Positions 19,101-28,944 of a DNA stretch of 64,000 nt are shown here, piece by piece; positions within the stretch are counted from its first letter, which is position 1, and the number at the start of each line of letters is the position of its first letter. The notes under the pieces are model-generated. The model made no database searches, was not told the origin of the DNA, and was given only the letters and a program-made list of their open reading frames with translations. A program made the translations under genes and the position numbers. The stretch is from an uncultured Nitrososphaerota archaeon (GTDB taxonomy: Archaea; Thermoproteota; Nitrososphaeria; Nitrososphaerales; Gagatemarchaeaceae), in the NCBI GenBank assembly GCA_963838925.1, contig CAWISW010000003.1:704001-768000 (forward strand). The letters run 5' to 3'.

Positions 19101-19735
19101 CCCTCCACGTCGATGTCGAAGAACCGCGGGAGCTGCCCGGGCGGGAGCTCCTCCGGCAGCTCTTGGACCCTGAGGATCTGGCTGTCGATGAAGCTGCTGT
19201 CCTTTTGGTCGAGCTCGAGGTTCCTAGTCTCGTTGCACGCCTCGCACTTCGCCGGCTTCTTGATGCTCGGGCCCTCCTGCAGGACCCGCGTCGTGTGCCC
19301 GTCCGGGCAGACGAAGGCCGCATCGACGAGGAGCGGCCGGAGCTCGGACGTGCGCACGAGCATCCCCGCGAACGCGATCATCTTGTCGAGATGGGACGTG
19401 TCTACCTTGCGGAGGGGGACCCTGTCCGTCACGCCGCGGAGCCTCACCGTCAGGCTCTTCTTGACCTCGCCCGCGTAGCTGGGGTTCTCCGTGCTGAGCA
19501 CCTCGAAGGCGGCCGACTTGCACTCCTTGAGCGCCCTGTCCGGGTCCTTCAGCATGCTCTCCGCGAGGTCGGTGTTGTAGTGGATCAGGTCCTCGTAGTC
19601 GACGATGACCGACTTCCTGCCGGACGCGGCGAGCTGGGCCAGGATCACCTGGTACTTCCGCTCGCCGTCCTTGTCCTCGAAGCCTCTGAGGAACTCCTCG
19701 AAGAGCTCCGACAACCCCCTCGATATTACTGCCAT
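16121..19735 (-). CDS. mcm: Replicative helicase MCM (intein-containing)
   Basis: Zn finger, GDPGVAKS Walker A, CIDEFDKM, LLTRFDL arginine finger. Confidence 0.97.
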   Translation of the reverse strand: MAVISRGLSELFEEFLRGFEDKDGERKYQVILAQLAASGRKSVIVDYEDLIHYNTDLAESMLKDPDRALKECKSAAFEVLSTENPSYAGEVKKSLTVRLRGVTDRVPLRKVDTSHLDKMIAFAGMLVRTSELRPLLVDAAFVCPDGHTTRVLQEGPSIKKPAKCEACNETRNLELDQKDSSFIDSQILRVQELPEELPPGQLPRFFDIDVEGDIVNTARPGDRAIMTGIVRAEQDFAFGTPRSRSFRSKIDANYIEVVGKEPSQVHITKEDEAIIKSIAAGADAYPKLIKSMAPGILGHEAVKEAILLLLVGGPQTVLPDGTKLRGDINVFLVGDPGVAKSEMLKFAAQVAPRGMFASGRGSTAAGLSAAVIREKNTLMLEAGVVVLADQGIACIDEFDKMKPEDRSALHEQMEQQSYHPSTEILLSSGKVKIGDYVEEAIRSHPDTVEEGKDCEIVRVKSSDKIFSVDLFDGKVEKTAIANLSRHRAPDRFVKVSFSNGRSVVVTPEHPVFSFDGVGMSTVSAENLKVRAFVPGPTIIPNSAMAVPLTAVAGSKRSKDVIQPEVLTLKTARILGYLVTEGNFYVGSSVEVDFTNLDERLLIEMRELMLEEFGLEPTIRISEGRWAGLRYVSTTLHSWLGENFPEMMCKARSKRAPAKILGASVALVNEFLKTAFLGDGGVETDAVCYRTASRGLAEDYQDLLLKLAIASRIDVDRSNDSFKVYITGDCLGDFLQKVVDPRDPRRAKVQRLVARSRRNNRSHDVLPTSVAKTLIQLLEDAGLTYDGSFWRHLKSGDGITKPTVERLLGKIEARRDKVLMLLPEEDTVKGLRALTGWSQQRLADECGLRRSTIEYTERGGYGEGQVRELLEKTRRAITERFASLTGTVQFIRGMMGLRFLRVTDVEIVPNAGEKKTAWVYDVTVEPRHNFASAGVVLHNTVTIAKGGIYATLNARTAILAATNPILGKYNPYQNLIDNITLPIPLLTRFDLIFVLRDTPIPGQDEKLATHILDVHRKRAYVDSPPIQFELLKKYIAFAKNYSPVLTMEAENRIKEYYLQLRRSVAEGQIGATPRTLESLIRLASAKARLMLREEVTEDDALTAISLMNKMVEDVLTDTETKTKGDFGILLGQPAGERGKLATVMDTLRALEGPDRKPIEAKVFKQELMRTNKFANEDEVDNLIKKITKEGIIFESKPGFFRRVQG
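16922..18487 (-). mobile_element. Intein (522 aa) with LAGLIDADG homing endonuclease in MCM
   Basis: Inserted at MEQQ|S...HN|TVTIAKGG; TPEH block B, LGYLVTEG and AFLGDGG motifs, VYDVTV block F; lower GC than flanks. Confidence 0.95.
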
Positions 19736-19739
19736 GGTG

Positions 19740-20297
19740 CTATTGGTCTCCCAGAAGCGCTTTCTTCCAAGCTGCGGATATGGAACTAGACATGGTGAAG
19801 AACGCCTTCTCCTCTGGCGTGATCCTGTCGGCGATGGTCTGGACGCTGGCCGAGGAGCTCATCGAGAGGAGCTTGCTCAGCCTCCTGCCTATCAGGTCGT
19901 AGCTCGTCGTCTTCAGCTTCTCATAGTCCTCGCGCTTGTACTTCCCCCTCTCCACTCCCACGCGGACCGCCGCTAGCCGTCTGCGCATCCGGATGTAGAA
20001 GTTGGCCTCTAGGGGCGAGAGCTGGGGAGACGTGAGAATCTTTTCCCTCGTGAGCGCCTTGAATATCTCGACGTCGAACGACTCCTCCTGCATCTCGGCG
20101 AGCTCGAGCGCCACGAGCTCCTCGGCGACCCATCGGGGCATCTCGATCCGCTCCCCCTCCTTCGCCTTGTTCAGGACGAGGTCCCCGACCTCCATCTGCT
20201 CGGTCGAGGTCTTCATGGTAACCCTCACGGGCGCGAGAAGGAACTCCCTCTCCCTTTGCTCGAATATCTTCGCTACCTCTGTTCCGGGGTCCTCCAA
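19740..20297 (-). CDS. GINS complex subunit (Gins23)
   Basis: IEMPRWVAEEL and LEANFY patterns; immediately upstream of mcm. Confidence 0.85.
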   Translation of the reverse strand: MEDPGTEVAKIFEQREREFLLAPVRVTMKTSTEQMEVGDLVLNKAKEGERIEMPRWVAEELVALELAEMQEESFDVEIFKALTREKILTSPQLSPLEANFYIRMRRRLAAVRVGVERGKYKREDYEKLKTTSYDLIGRRLSKLLSMSSSASVQTIADRITPEEKAFFTMSSSISAAWKKALLGDQ

Positions 20298-20376
20298 TAG
20301 AAAATCAACAACTCCTTTCTGTGTTATGGGGACTGCCGAACAAACAATCCCGCATAATTAAGTCTATGCGCGACTT

Positions 20377-21357
20377 TTAGAGTTCCGACCACTTTCCGAT
20401 GCCCATTCTCAGCGCTCGGCGATAGGCTAGCCATCCAGCGGCGTTGTCTTCGAAAGCCAGGCCCACGCACTTGAAGAACGTGACCTCTGTCCTGGATGTC
20501 CGCCCGCGCCTCTTCCCGCCCACGAGCTCGGACAGCTCGGCCTTGATCGCTCTCTTGGACACCCTCCCCTCCTTGATCGGTATCAGCAGGTCGCCCGCCT
20601 CCTCGAGGACCGCCTCCTTCGAGTCGACGAAGATAGACGCCCGAGACACAAAGTCAGAGTCCACCTCGCGGGCCTCCGGCCTGTACGAGCCCATCGCGAT
20701 GACATGGGTCCCGTCATCGACGGCCGACCCTTTGAAGACCGGGGTCTTCGAGGTCGTGGCGGTTACCAGCACGTCGCTCCCGCGGACGCACGTCTCGACC
20801 TTCTCGACGACCTGGGCCTCCACTCTGAGCGAATCAGAGCACCTCCTCGCCAGAGCCTTGCTACCGGCGGGGTCCATGGAGAATATCCTGACCTTGCTTA
20901 TCGAGCGGAGCTCGGACACGACGCCGTTGACCTGCTGAAAAGCCATGCCCCCGGCGCCGACTATCCCGAGCGTCTTGGCATCCTTCCTCGCGAGGTACCT
21001 GCAGGAGAGCCCGGAGACCGCGCCCGTCCTTATCGCCGTAAGGACGCCACCCGAGAGCATGCCCTTAGGTTCGCCAGTCTCTCCGTCGATCAGGATGGTG
21101 ACCGCGTTGATCGATGGCACGCCTCCCTTGTTGTGCGGGAAGACGCTCACAACCTTCACGCTCCCCTCGGACTCTTTCCTCATCGCCATTGAGGGCATCA
21201 CCAGCACGTCGCCTGAAGGGGCGGAGAGCCTAGACCTCAGCGGGCTCTGAAACCCTCCTTTCGCTTGAAGCGAAAACGCGCGCGACATCTCATCGATGCA
21301 CTCTCTCATAGGGCACGCTGAAGCGACTTCGTCTGCGTCGAGAAGGAGTATCTTCAA
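20377..21357 (-). CDS. Ornithine cyclodeaminase/mu-crystallin family protein
   Basis: LTAIRTGAVS, GIVGAGGMA, FKCVGLAFED. Confidence 0.9.
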   Translation of the reverse strand: MKILLLDADEVASACPMRECIDEMSRAFSLQAKGGFQSPLRSRLSAPSGDVLVMPSMAMRKESEGSVKVVSVFPHNKGGVPSINAVTILIDGETGEPKGMLSGGVLTAIRTGAVSGLSCRYLARKDAKTLGIVGAGGMAFQQVNGVVSELRSISKVRIFSMDPAGSKALARRCSDSLRVEAQVVEKVETCVRGSDVLVTATTSKTPVFKGSAVDDGTHVIAMGSYRPEAREVDSDFVSRASIFVDSKEAVLEEAGDLLIPIKEGRVSKRAIKAELSELVGGKRRGRTSRTEVTFFKCVGLAFEDNAAGWLAYRRALRMGIGKWSEL

Positions 21358-21450
21358 AGGCTACTGTCGCCCCTCCCGCCCCGCCCCCTTTCTTTTCCTT
21401 TCTCTAGTGAGGCTCGAGGGTTCGGGGGGCCAGGTCTATCGGCGTGCGCG

Positions 21451-22122
21451 TCATTTGGGCGCAGGAGCCGCGACCGGAGCAGCACGCGCAGCGGGCTTCC
21501 TGCGACCTCTGGACCTCAGGAGGAACCCCATGAGCGCCACGACCACCACCACCGCCACGACTATCGGAAGCACGCTCCCCAAGCTCACGCCGCTGTTAGC
21601 GCCGGTGTTGGGTTGGCTGGATGACGTCGAGACGGTCGGCGTGCTCGTGGTGCTGGTGGTGGCTACCGCGGTGTACTCGAAGGTGGAGCTGAAGGTCGTG
21701 GGGGCCGCCGTGCTGTCGGCCACCGCCGCGGTGACGAGGACGCTGTACGTACCGGTGACGTTCCACGCCGGCCCTCCAGCTGGGAACGACGTCGTGAAGC
21801 TAGAGTTCTGCGCTGGACCAACGCTGTTCGCCGCCACGACCGCGCCCTTCGGCTGGAGTATCTGGACAAGGATGCCCGAGGCGAAGGAAGGCGCGACCCC
21901 GCTCACGAACACCGTCGTGTTCCCGGTATAGCTCGACTGGCTAGTCGTGACAAAGTATCCCGCGCTCGACGTCGTCGAAGTTGTCGTCGCACCGTAGGCG
22001 ACGGTCCCGTGACTGACGAGGGCGAGCGAGACTCCAGCAAACAGCGCGAGCACTAGCACGACCCGCAGCCTCGTCGTGGTGGGTCCGCGACCTGTGGCAC
22101 TCAATGTAATCGCTCTCAACAC
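21451..22122 (-). CDS. Cell-surface protein with Ig-like domain and C-terminal TM anchor
   Basis: Signal peptide, S/T-rich linkers, C-terminal TM followed by basic residues. Confidence 0.65.
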   Translation of the reverse strand: MLRAITLSATGRGPTTTRLRVVLVLALFAGVSLALVSHGTVAYGATTTSTTSSAGYFVTTSQSSYTGNTTVFVSGVAPSFASGILVQILQPKGAVVAANSVGPAQNSSFTTSFPAGGPAWNVTGTYSVLVTAAVADSTAAPTTFSSTFEYTAVATTSTTSTPTVSTSSSQPNTGANSGVSLGSVLPIVVAVVVVVALMGFLLRSRGRRKPAARAAPVAAPAPK

Positions 22123-22241
22123 TACTCGCTCCGTAGGTGTCCCCTCAGAGCCCGTCTCTCGTTATAAAAGTTGCCGAGGAGCGGCGCGACCGAACTCCAC
22201 GGATATATAGTCTGGAAGCGCCCGCGGGGTCAGCCAGTCTC

Positions 22242-23216
22242 ATGTCTCTCGAGTCTCTTATGTGGGTTGAGAAGTACAGGCCCCACAAGATCGACGACCT
22301 GGTGAACCAGGAAGAGGTGAAGGAGCGCCTCAAGCCGCTCCTCCTGAACAAGAGCGAGCTCCCGCACCTCCTCTTCGCCGGCCCCCCGGGCTCTGGGAAG
22401 ACGACCACGGCGCTCGTCCTTGCGCGGGAGCTCCTCGGGGAACTCGCCCGCGACTACACCCTCTCAATGAACGCGAGCGACGAGAGGGGGATCGACGCGG
22501 TCAGGGACAGGATCAAGAACTTCGCGAGCTACTCCGACAGGAGGGAGGGCGTGCCCTTCAGGCTCGTCATACTCGACGAGGCCGACGAGATGACCAAGGA
22601 CGCCCAGACCGCTCTAAGGCGCATCATGGAAGAGACGTCGCGGAACGCCCGATTCATCCTGATCTGCAACTACTCTTCGAACCTCATCGAGCCCATCCAG
22701 AGCCGCTGCGCGATCTTCCGGTTCAAGAGGATAGGGCCGGAAGAGGTCACCGCCCGCCTCAAGAGGATCGCAAAGGCCGAGGAAGTGAAAGTTGGGGAGA
22801 AGGTGCTCGACGCGATCAGCGCGACCGTCGACGGGGACCTGAGGCAGGCCATCAACCTCCTCCAGGCCGCTTCTGCGGGAGGGACGGAGGTCACGCTCGA
22901 GAAGGTGAACGCTGTCACCGGGACCAGCGTGAAGGTGAGGGCCGCCGAGATCATAAAGACCGCGCTGGGCGGGGACTTTTCCGGGGCCAGGCTGAAGCTC
23001 ATCGAGCTGACCCGTGTCTACGGCATCCCCGAATCCGACTTCCTGCGCTTCGCGAACGAGGAGATAGCGAAGGGCGAAGGAGAGAACACGGCCGAGGCGA
23101 TAAAGATACTCGCAGAGTACGACTACCGGCTCGCCATGGGGGCGAACCCCGAGGTCCAGATCACCGCGCTGCTGGCCGAGCTAGCGGCGCTCCATGCTGG
23201 CGGAAGGAAGGGCTAG
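22242..23216 (+). CDS. rfcS: Replication factor C small subunit
   Basis: WVEKYRP, GPPGSGKTT, NASDERG, ILDEAD, SRC motif. Confidence 0.96.
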   Translation: MSLESLMWVEKYRPHKIDDLVNQEEVKERLKPLLLNKSELPHLLFAGPPGSGKTTTALVLARELLGELARDYTLSMNASDERGIDAVRDRIKNFASYSDRREGVPFRLVILDEADEMTKDAQTALRRIMEETSRNARFILICNYSSNLIEPIQSRCAIFRFKRIGPEEVTARLKRIAKAEEVKVGEKVLDAISATVDGDLRQAINLLQAASAGGTEVTLEKVNAVTGTSVKVRAAEIIKTALGGDFSGARLKLIELTRVYGIPESDFLRFANEEIAKGEGENTAEAIKILAEYDYRLAMGANPEVQITALLAELAALHAGGRKG

Positions 23217-24500
23217 ATGGACCTCTCCCAGCCCCGCGGGATCCGGGACATCGAGCCGGACGAGTTCGACCAGCACCTCAAGATCCGTCGCGCGTTCGAG
23301 GAGGTCTCCCACGCCTACAACTTCAGGCTGATGGAGCCCGGCCCCCTCGAGAGCCTGACCGTACTCAGGGCGAAGAGCGGTACCCAGGTGGACGACCAGA
23401 TCTACGCCTTCAAGGACAAGGCCGACCGCGACCTCGGCCTCAGGTTCGACCTGACCGTGGGCATGACGCGAAACGTCTCGTCGAAGAAGGGGCTGAAGCC
23501 CCCCATCAAGCTCGCCTCCTACGGAGGCGTCTGGCGCTACGACGAGCCGCAGCACGCGAGGTACAGGTGGTTCTACCAGTGGGACGTGGAAATCTTCGGG
23601 GACCCGAGCGTCGAGGCCGACGCCGAGGTAATGGACCTGTGCTACAACCTCTTCAAGAAGGTCGGGCTCCAGGACTTCTCCCTCGAGGTGGGGGACCGCC
23701 GCGTCGTGGAGGAGTACATCAGGCAGTCCATGGGCGTCTCCTCGGACGAGAAGATGATCGAGATGATGAGGGCCCTCGACAAGGTCCAGAAGAAGACCGA
23801 GGCGGAGCTTGCCGAGGAGTACGCGCGTAAGGGCGTGAGCAGGGAGGCGATGGCCGAGCTCCTGAAGTTCGGGAGGACGAGGGGCGCCCCGGACGAGGTC
23901 TGCGGGCGTCTCGAGGAGCTGAACCTCGCCTCCACGGCTGGAGGGGGGCTTGTCGCACTTCGCGACTCGCTAAAGTCGAGGGGCGTCAAGGATGTGGAGT
24001 ACAACCTGAGCATCGTGAGGGGCCTCGACTACTACACGGGGATCGTCTTCGAGGTGGTGGACCGGATGCACCCCGACCTCGGCTCCCTTTGCGGCGGGGG
24101 CAGGTACGACGTCCTCCCGAAGCTCTTCGGCAGGCCCGACCTCCCGGCGACCGGGGCGGCGGGCGGAGTCGAGCGCATCGCCCTCTCAATGGGGAAGGCG
24201 GGCGCAGCATCCGAGCGCGACCCATCGGTCTACGTGGCCTACACCGAGCCCGCCCTCGCGGAGAGGGCGCTGACCACCGTCTCCTCGCTGAGGGGCGGGG
24301 GGATGCGCAGCGAGCTGGGGACCAGGGGGAAGAGCCTGGGCAAGCAGCTCGAAGACGCGAGCTCGAGGGGCTTCGCCTGGGTCGTGATAATCGGGAAGAG
24401 GGAGCTGGAGTCAGGGGAGCTGACGCTGAGGAACATGAGCACCCGCGCCGAAGAGAGGGTCCCGATAGACGGACTCCTCGCCCGCCTCAGCAGGGCCTGA
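23217..24500 (+). CDS. hisS: Histidine--tRNA ligase
   Basis: LRFDLT, RYDEPQ, VRGLDYYTG, GGGRYD. Confidence 0.96.
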   Translation: MDLSQPRGIRDIEPDEFDQHLKIRRAFEEVSHAYNFRLMEPGPLESLTVLRAKSGTQVDDQIYAFKDKADRDLGLRFDLTVGMTRNVSSKKGLKPPIKLASYGGVWRYDEPQHARYRWFYQWDVEIFGDPSVEADAEVMDLCYNLFKKVGLQDFSLEVGDRRVVEEYIRQSMGVSSDEKMIEMMRALDKVQKKTEAELAEEYARKGVSREAMAELLKFGRTRGAPDEVCGRLEELNLASTAGGGLVALRDSLKSRGVKDVEYNLSIVRGLDYYTGIVFEVVDRMHPDLGSLCGGGRYDVLPKLFGRPDLPATGAAGGVERIALSMGKAGAASERDPSVYVAYTEPALAERALTTVSSLRGGGMRSELGTRGKSLGKQLEDASSRGFAWVVIIGKRELESGELTLRNMSTRAEERVPIDGLLARLSRA

Positions 24501-24502
24501 AC

Positions 24503-27500
24503 TCAGCTCAGCGCCTTGAGGGGCGACTTTACGCAGAGCAGGACCGCCCTTCCCTCCTCCACCGTCGTGAGGAACGGCACCTGGAGCTCCACCGCCTTGC
24601 GCCTGACCTTGTAGAGGTCCTTCCTCATCTTGTTGAGGTTGGTGTTGAGCGAGAGTATCAAGGCGACCTTGCCCTTGCCGATCATGTCGAGCATCGAGTC
24701 GAGCGACTCCACCTTCGTCCCTTCCCCGAGGAACGGGGCGAGCGAGTCGATGGTCACGAAGGCAATCCCCGCCTTCTTGAACCCCTCGACGAGGGCTTTC
24801 GCCTCGCCTAGCTCCGAGTTCTCGTCCGCGAGGATTATCCCCGTATCCCCCTTCGAGGGGATCTTGAGGCCAGACGCGATGAGGGCCCTGCTCATGGCCT
24901 CCGCTAGGGTGTCGCCGAAGCACGCCACCTCTCCGGTGGAGCGCATCTCCACCCCGACCGTCGGCTCCGCCCCCTCCATCTGCATGAACGAGAACTGGGG
25001 CGCCTTCACAGCGAACTGCTTGGGCTCAGGGACGTCCCCCATCCCCTCGAGCGTCCCGCCAAGGATGACTGAGGCGGCGAGCTTGACGAGGTTCGTCCCC
25101 GTCGACTTGGACACGAAGGGCAGGGACCTCGAGGCCCTGAGGTTGCACTCGATCACCTCCACGTCGTCCTTCACGCACAGGTACTGGATGTTGAAAGGGC
25201 CCTTGACGCCCAGCTCCTTGGCGATGGCCCGGGTGTAGTCGCGTATCTTCGCCTTCGCGGCCTTGCTGACCGAGACGGTTGGTATCGTCATTATCGCGTC
25301 CCCCGAGTGGACCCCCGCCTTCTGCACGTGCTCCATTATCGCGCCGATGACCGTCGTCTCTCCGTCCGAGACCCCGTCCACCTCGACCTCCTTCGCGTCC
25401 TCCATGAACTTGCTTATGGTGACGGGGTAGTTCGGGTTGACCTCGGCGGCCCTCACCAGGAAGCTCTCCAGCTCCCTGCTCCCCCAGATCACCCTCATCG
25501 CCGACCCGCTGAGCACGTGCGACGGCCTCACTATCACCGGGTAGCCCACCCTGTCGCAGAACTCCCGCGCCTGCTTCATCGACCTGAAGCTCCCCCACGC
25601 GGGCTGTGGGATCCCTATCTTGTCGAGCAGGAACGCGAACCTCTCCCTGTCCTCAGCCCTCTCTATCGAGTCGGCGGTCGTGCCCATCACGTTCACGCCC
25701 TCCTTGTCGAGCTCTAGCGCGAGGTCGTTCGGGGTCTGCCCCCCGACGCAGAGGACCGCGCCCATGGGCTTCTCCCTCTCGTAGATGGAGAGCACCCGCT
25801 CCGCGGTCAGCTCCTCGAAGTAGAGCCTGTCGCTCATGTCGAAGTCCGTGGAGACCGTCTCCGGGTTGCAGTTGACGACTATGACCTCGTCGACCTTCCC
25901 GCTCTCCTTGAGCGCCCACGCCATGTTCATGGTCCCCCAGTCGAACTCGACGGAGCTCCCTATCCTGTAGGGCCCCGCCCCGAGCACCATCACCTTCCTC
26001 TTGTCGCTCGGCTTGGCGTCGTCTGTGGAGCCGTTGTAGGTCACGTAGAGGTAGTTCGTCCGGGCGGGCCACTCGGCCGCAAGCGTGTCTATTGCCTTCA
26101 CCTTGGGGGTTATCCCCATCCTCTCCCTCATCGCGCGGACGTCGTCCTCGTCGATCTCTACAGCGTTGGCGACCTGCTTGTCTGAGAAGCCGAGCCGCTT
26201 GGCCTCCCGGAGGACCTCCGGGTCGCGGTCCACGCCCTCCCTCCCGCTGAGCTCTACCCTGCGGTAGGCGTCCACGATGTTCTTGAGCTTGCTGACGAAC
26301 CAGGGGTCGATGACGCTGAGCCTCGCGACCTCCTCCTCGGGGATCCCGACCATCAGGGCCTCGACCACGTCGAAGATTATCTGGTCGGTGGGGTTCCTCA
26401 GCCTGGACTTTAGCACCTCCAGGTCGTCCTCCTCGAGGAGGCGCCGTATCACCCCGTCGTACCTTATGTTGAGCATCCTCGCCGCCTTCTGGATGGTCTC
26501 TTCGAAGCCGCGGCCGATCGCCATGACCTCGCCTATCGACTTCATCGCCGTCCCTATCCCCCTCGACGCCCCCTCGAACTTCTTCGTGTCCCACCTCGGC
26601 ATCTTCAGGACGACGTAGTCGAGCGATGGCTCGAACATGGCGGTCGTCACGCCCGTGACCTTGTTCTTCAACTCCGTGAGGGAGTACCCGAGGCATATCT
26701 TGGCCGCGATGTACGCGATCGGGTAACCCGTCGCCTTCGACGCGAGGGCAGACGACCTCGAGAGCCTCGCGTTGATCTCGATCGCGCGGTACGTCTCCGA
26801 CTTGGGGTCGAGGGCGAACTGCATGTTGCACTCCCCTACTATCTCGCACCTCCTTGCGGCCTTGAGCGAGAGCGACCTGAGCATGTGGTACTCCCGGTTT
26901 GTTATCGTCTGCGAGGGCGCGACGACGATGTTGTCCCCAGTGTGGACCCTCATGCCGAGGACGTTCTCCATGTTGCAGACTATCTGCCCGTTGTCGTCCG
27001 CATCGCGCATCACCTCGTACTCTATCTGCTTCCAGTGGCCGATGTACTCCTCGATGAGGACCTGGTGAGCCATGCTGAGGTTGAGCCCCCTCTGGACGAT
27101 GTCGTCGAGCTCCCTCTCGTTCCGCGCGACCCCCCCTCCCCTTCCGCCGAGGGTGTACGCGACCCTCATTATCACGGGGAACCCTATCTCCTTCACCACG
27201 GCGCGCGCCTCCTCCACCGAGTAGGCCGGCTTGCTCTTCGGGCAGGCGATCCCTATCCCGAGCATGGCCTCCTTGAAGAGTTCGCGGTCCTCCGTCACCT
27301 CTATGCCCTTGATCTGGGTGCCGAGCACCCTCACCCCGTACTTCGAGAGGGCGCCGAGCCGAGAGAGCCCCACCCCGCAGTTGAGGGCGGTCTGCCCACC
27401 GAACCCGAGCATGATCGCGTCGGGCCTCTCCTTCTCGATCACGTCGGTGACGAACTCGGGGTTGACCGGCAGGAAGTGGATCTTGTCCGCCATCTTGTCG

Positions 27501-27676
27501 TCCGTCTGGATTGTGGCGATGTTCGGGTTGACAAGGATGGAGCGTATCCCCTCCTCCCTGAGGGCCTTGAGGCATTGGCTACCGGAGTAGTCGAAATGGC
27601 GGCCGTCTATTCAACGGCTTTCGCCTGCTTCTCCGATCTTTATTGCCCCGCTGCCCAGGACTAGCGCGCTCTTCAC
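24503..27676 (-). CDS. carB: Carbamoyl-phosphate synthase large subunit; exon 1 27676-27620, exon 2 27595-24503 (1049 aa if spliced)
   Basis: GTG overlaps the carA stop; VLGSGAIKIGEAGE|FDYSGSQ..NPNIATIQTD; two ATP-grasp halves. Confidence 0.93.
27596..27619 (-). other. Putative 24-nt bulge-helix-bulge (tRNA-type) intron in carB mRNA
   Basis: GGCG-AA^A-GCCGU-UGAAUAG-ACGGC-CGCC-AU^U; contains in-frame UGA; excision restores GAA TTC (E-F). Confidence 0.85.
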
Positions 27677-28848
27677 GCTTTCATGCTTCGAACTCTCTCA
27701 CCTACCGTGCTCTTCCTCTGGGACAGGATCATCTCTGCGAACCTGTCGAAGACGAACTCAGTGTCATAAGGCCCCGGCGCGGCCTCCGGGTGGAACTGGA
27801 CCGCGATCGCGGGCCTGCTCCCGTGGACGAGCCCCTCGACGCTCTTGTCGTCCGCGTTGACGAACCAGGGCTTGAGGTCGGTCTTTGAGAGGCTCTTGGG
27901 GTCCACCGCGTAGCCGTGGTTCTGGCTGGTGACGTACCCCCTCCCCGAGACGAGGTCCACCACGGGCTTGTTCTGCCCCCTGTGACCGTACTTCAGCTTG
28001 TACGTCTCCCCTCCCTGCGACATCCCGAGGACCTGCTCGCCCAAGCATATCCCGAGCACCGGCACCTCCGAGTCGACGAGCCTCGCGGTCGTCTTGACCG
28101 TGTCGGCGCACAGGCGCGGGTCGCCCGGGCCGTTGCTGACTATGACCCCCACCGGGTCGTGCTTCATGACGTCGGCGTACGAGGCGTCGAACGGCATCCT
28201 CACCACAGCGTAGCCCCTCCCGAGCATGTTCCGGATGATGCTCTCCTTGACCCCGCAGTCTATCACGACTATCTTGCTCTCGGCCTCGCCGTAGGTCTCG
28301 GCCTTGCGCACCGAGACGCGCTTCACGTAGTCGACCGAGTCGTACTTCGCGGCCTTTTCGAGGAGCCTCCTCAGCTCCCTCCTGTTCGCCACGTCAGGGC
28401 CGGTGGCCAGGACGCACATCATCACTCCCCTCTCCCTGATCGTCGTGACCAGGGCGCGCGTGTCGACGCCCTCGATCCCCGGGACCCCCTGCCCCTCCAT
28501 CCACTGAGAAAGCGTCTGCACCGACGCCCAGTGGCTGGGCCTCTGGCAATACTCCTGGACAACTATCCCGGTCACCTTGATCCCTCCCGACTCGAAGTAT
28601 CTGGGGAGGTCGAAGACGTCCTTGTCCTGCGGGCTGGGGACTCCGTAGTTGCCGATGAGCGGGTAGGTGAACGTGAGCACCTGCCCCGAGTACGATGGGT
28701 CTGTCATCGACTCGGGATAGCCGACCATCCCCGTGTTGAAGACCAGCTCGCCGACCACGGTCGCCTCGGCTCCGAAACCCTTCCCGGGGAAGAGTGTCCC
28801 GTCCTCTAGAAGCAGAACCGCGGGCCTGCTCCCCTCAGGTTTTTCCAT
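27673..28848 (-). CDS. carA: Carbamoyl-phosphate synthase small subunit
   Basis: FNTGMVGY, SNGPGDP, LGICLG, QNHGY, QFHPE. Confidence 0.97.
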   Translation of the reverse strand: MEKPEGSRPAVLLLEDGTLFPGKGFGAEATVVGELVFNTGMVGYPESMTDPSYSGQVLTFTYPLIGNYGVPSPQDKDVFDLPRYFESGGIKVTGIVVQEYCQRPSHWASVQTLSQWMEGQGVPGIEGVDTRALVTTIRERGVMMCVLATGPDVANRRELRRLLEKAAKYDSVDYVKRVSVRKAETYGEAESKIVVIDCGVKESIIRNMLGRGYAVVRMPFDASYADVMKHDPVGVIVSNGPGDPRLCADTVKTTARLVDSEVPVLGICLGEQVLGMSQGGETYKLKYGHRGQNKPVVDLVSGRGYVTSQNHGYAVDPKSLSKTDLKPWFVNADDKSVEGLVHGSRPAIAVQFHPEAAPGPYDTEFVFDRFAEMILSQRKSTVGERVRSMKA

Positions 28849-28944
28849 AACGCCTCTTAAAGAAGAAAAGTTCCGCTTGTTCCTTTTTTAAAGCCTTTGA
28901 CCAAATTCAGGGCATCCTCTCAAAATCATGGCCAAGAAGCAAAA

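Noticed and set aside
27491-27493. carB start at ATG 27493 as in the ORF track
   Set aside because: It would delete about 53 conserved N-terminal residues that are encoded upstream in the same frame
25653-27575. 640-aa alternative-frame ORF and many similar overlapping or antisense ORFs
   Set aside because: Arg/Gly/Pro-rich shadows of real genes, expected at high GC3; no motifs
27611-27613. Selenocysteine or readthrough decoding of the carB in-frame UGA
   Set aside because: Readthrough would leave an 8-residue insertion in an invariant motif; precise BHB excision explains the sequence better
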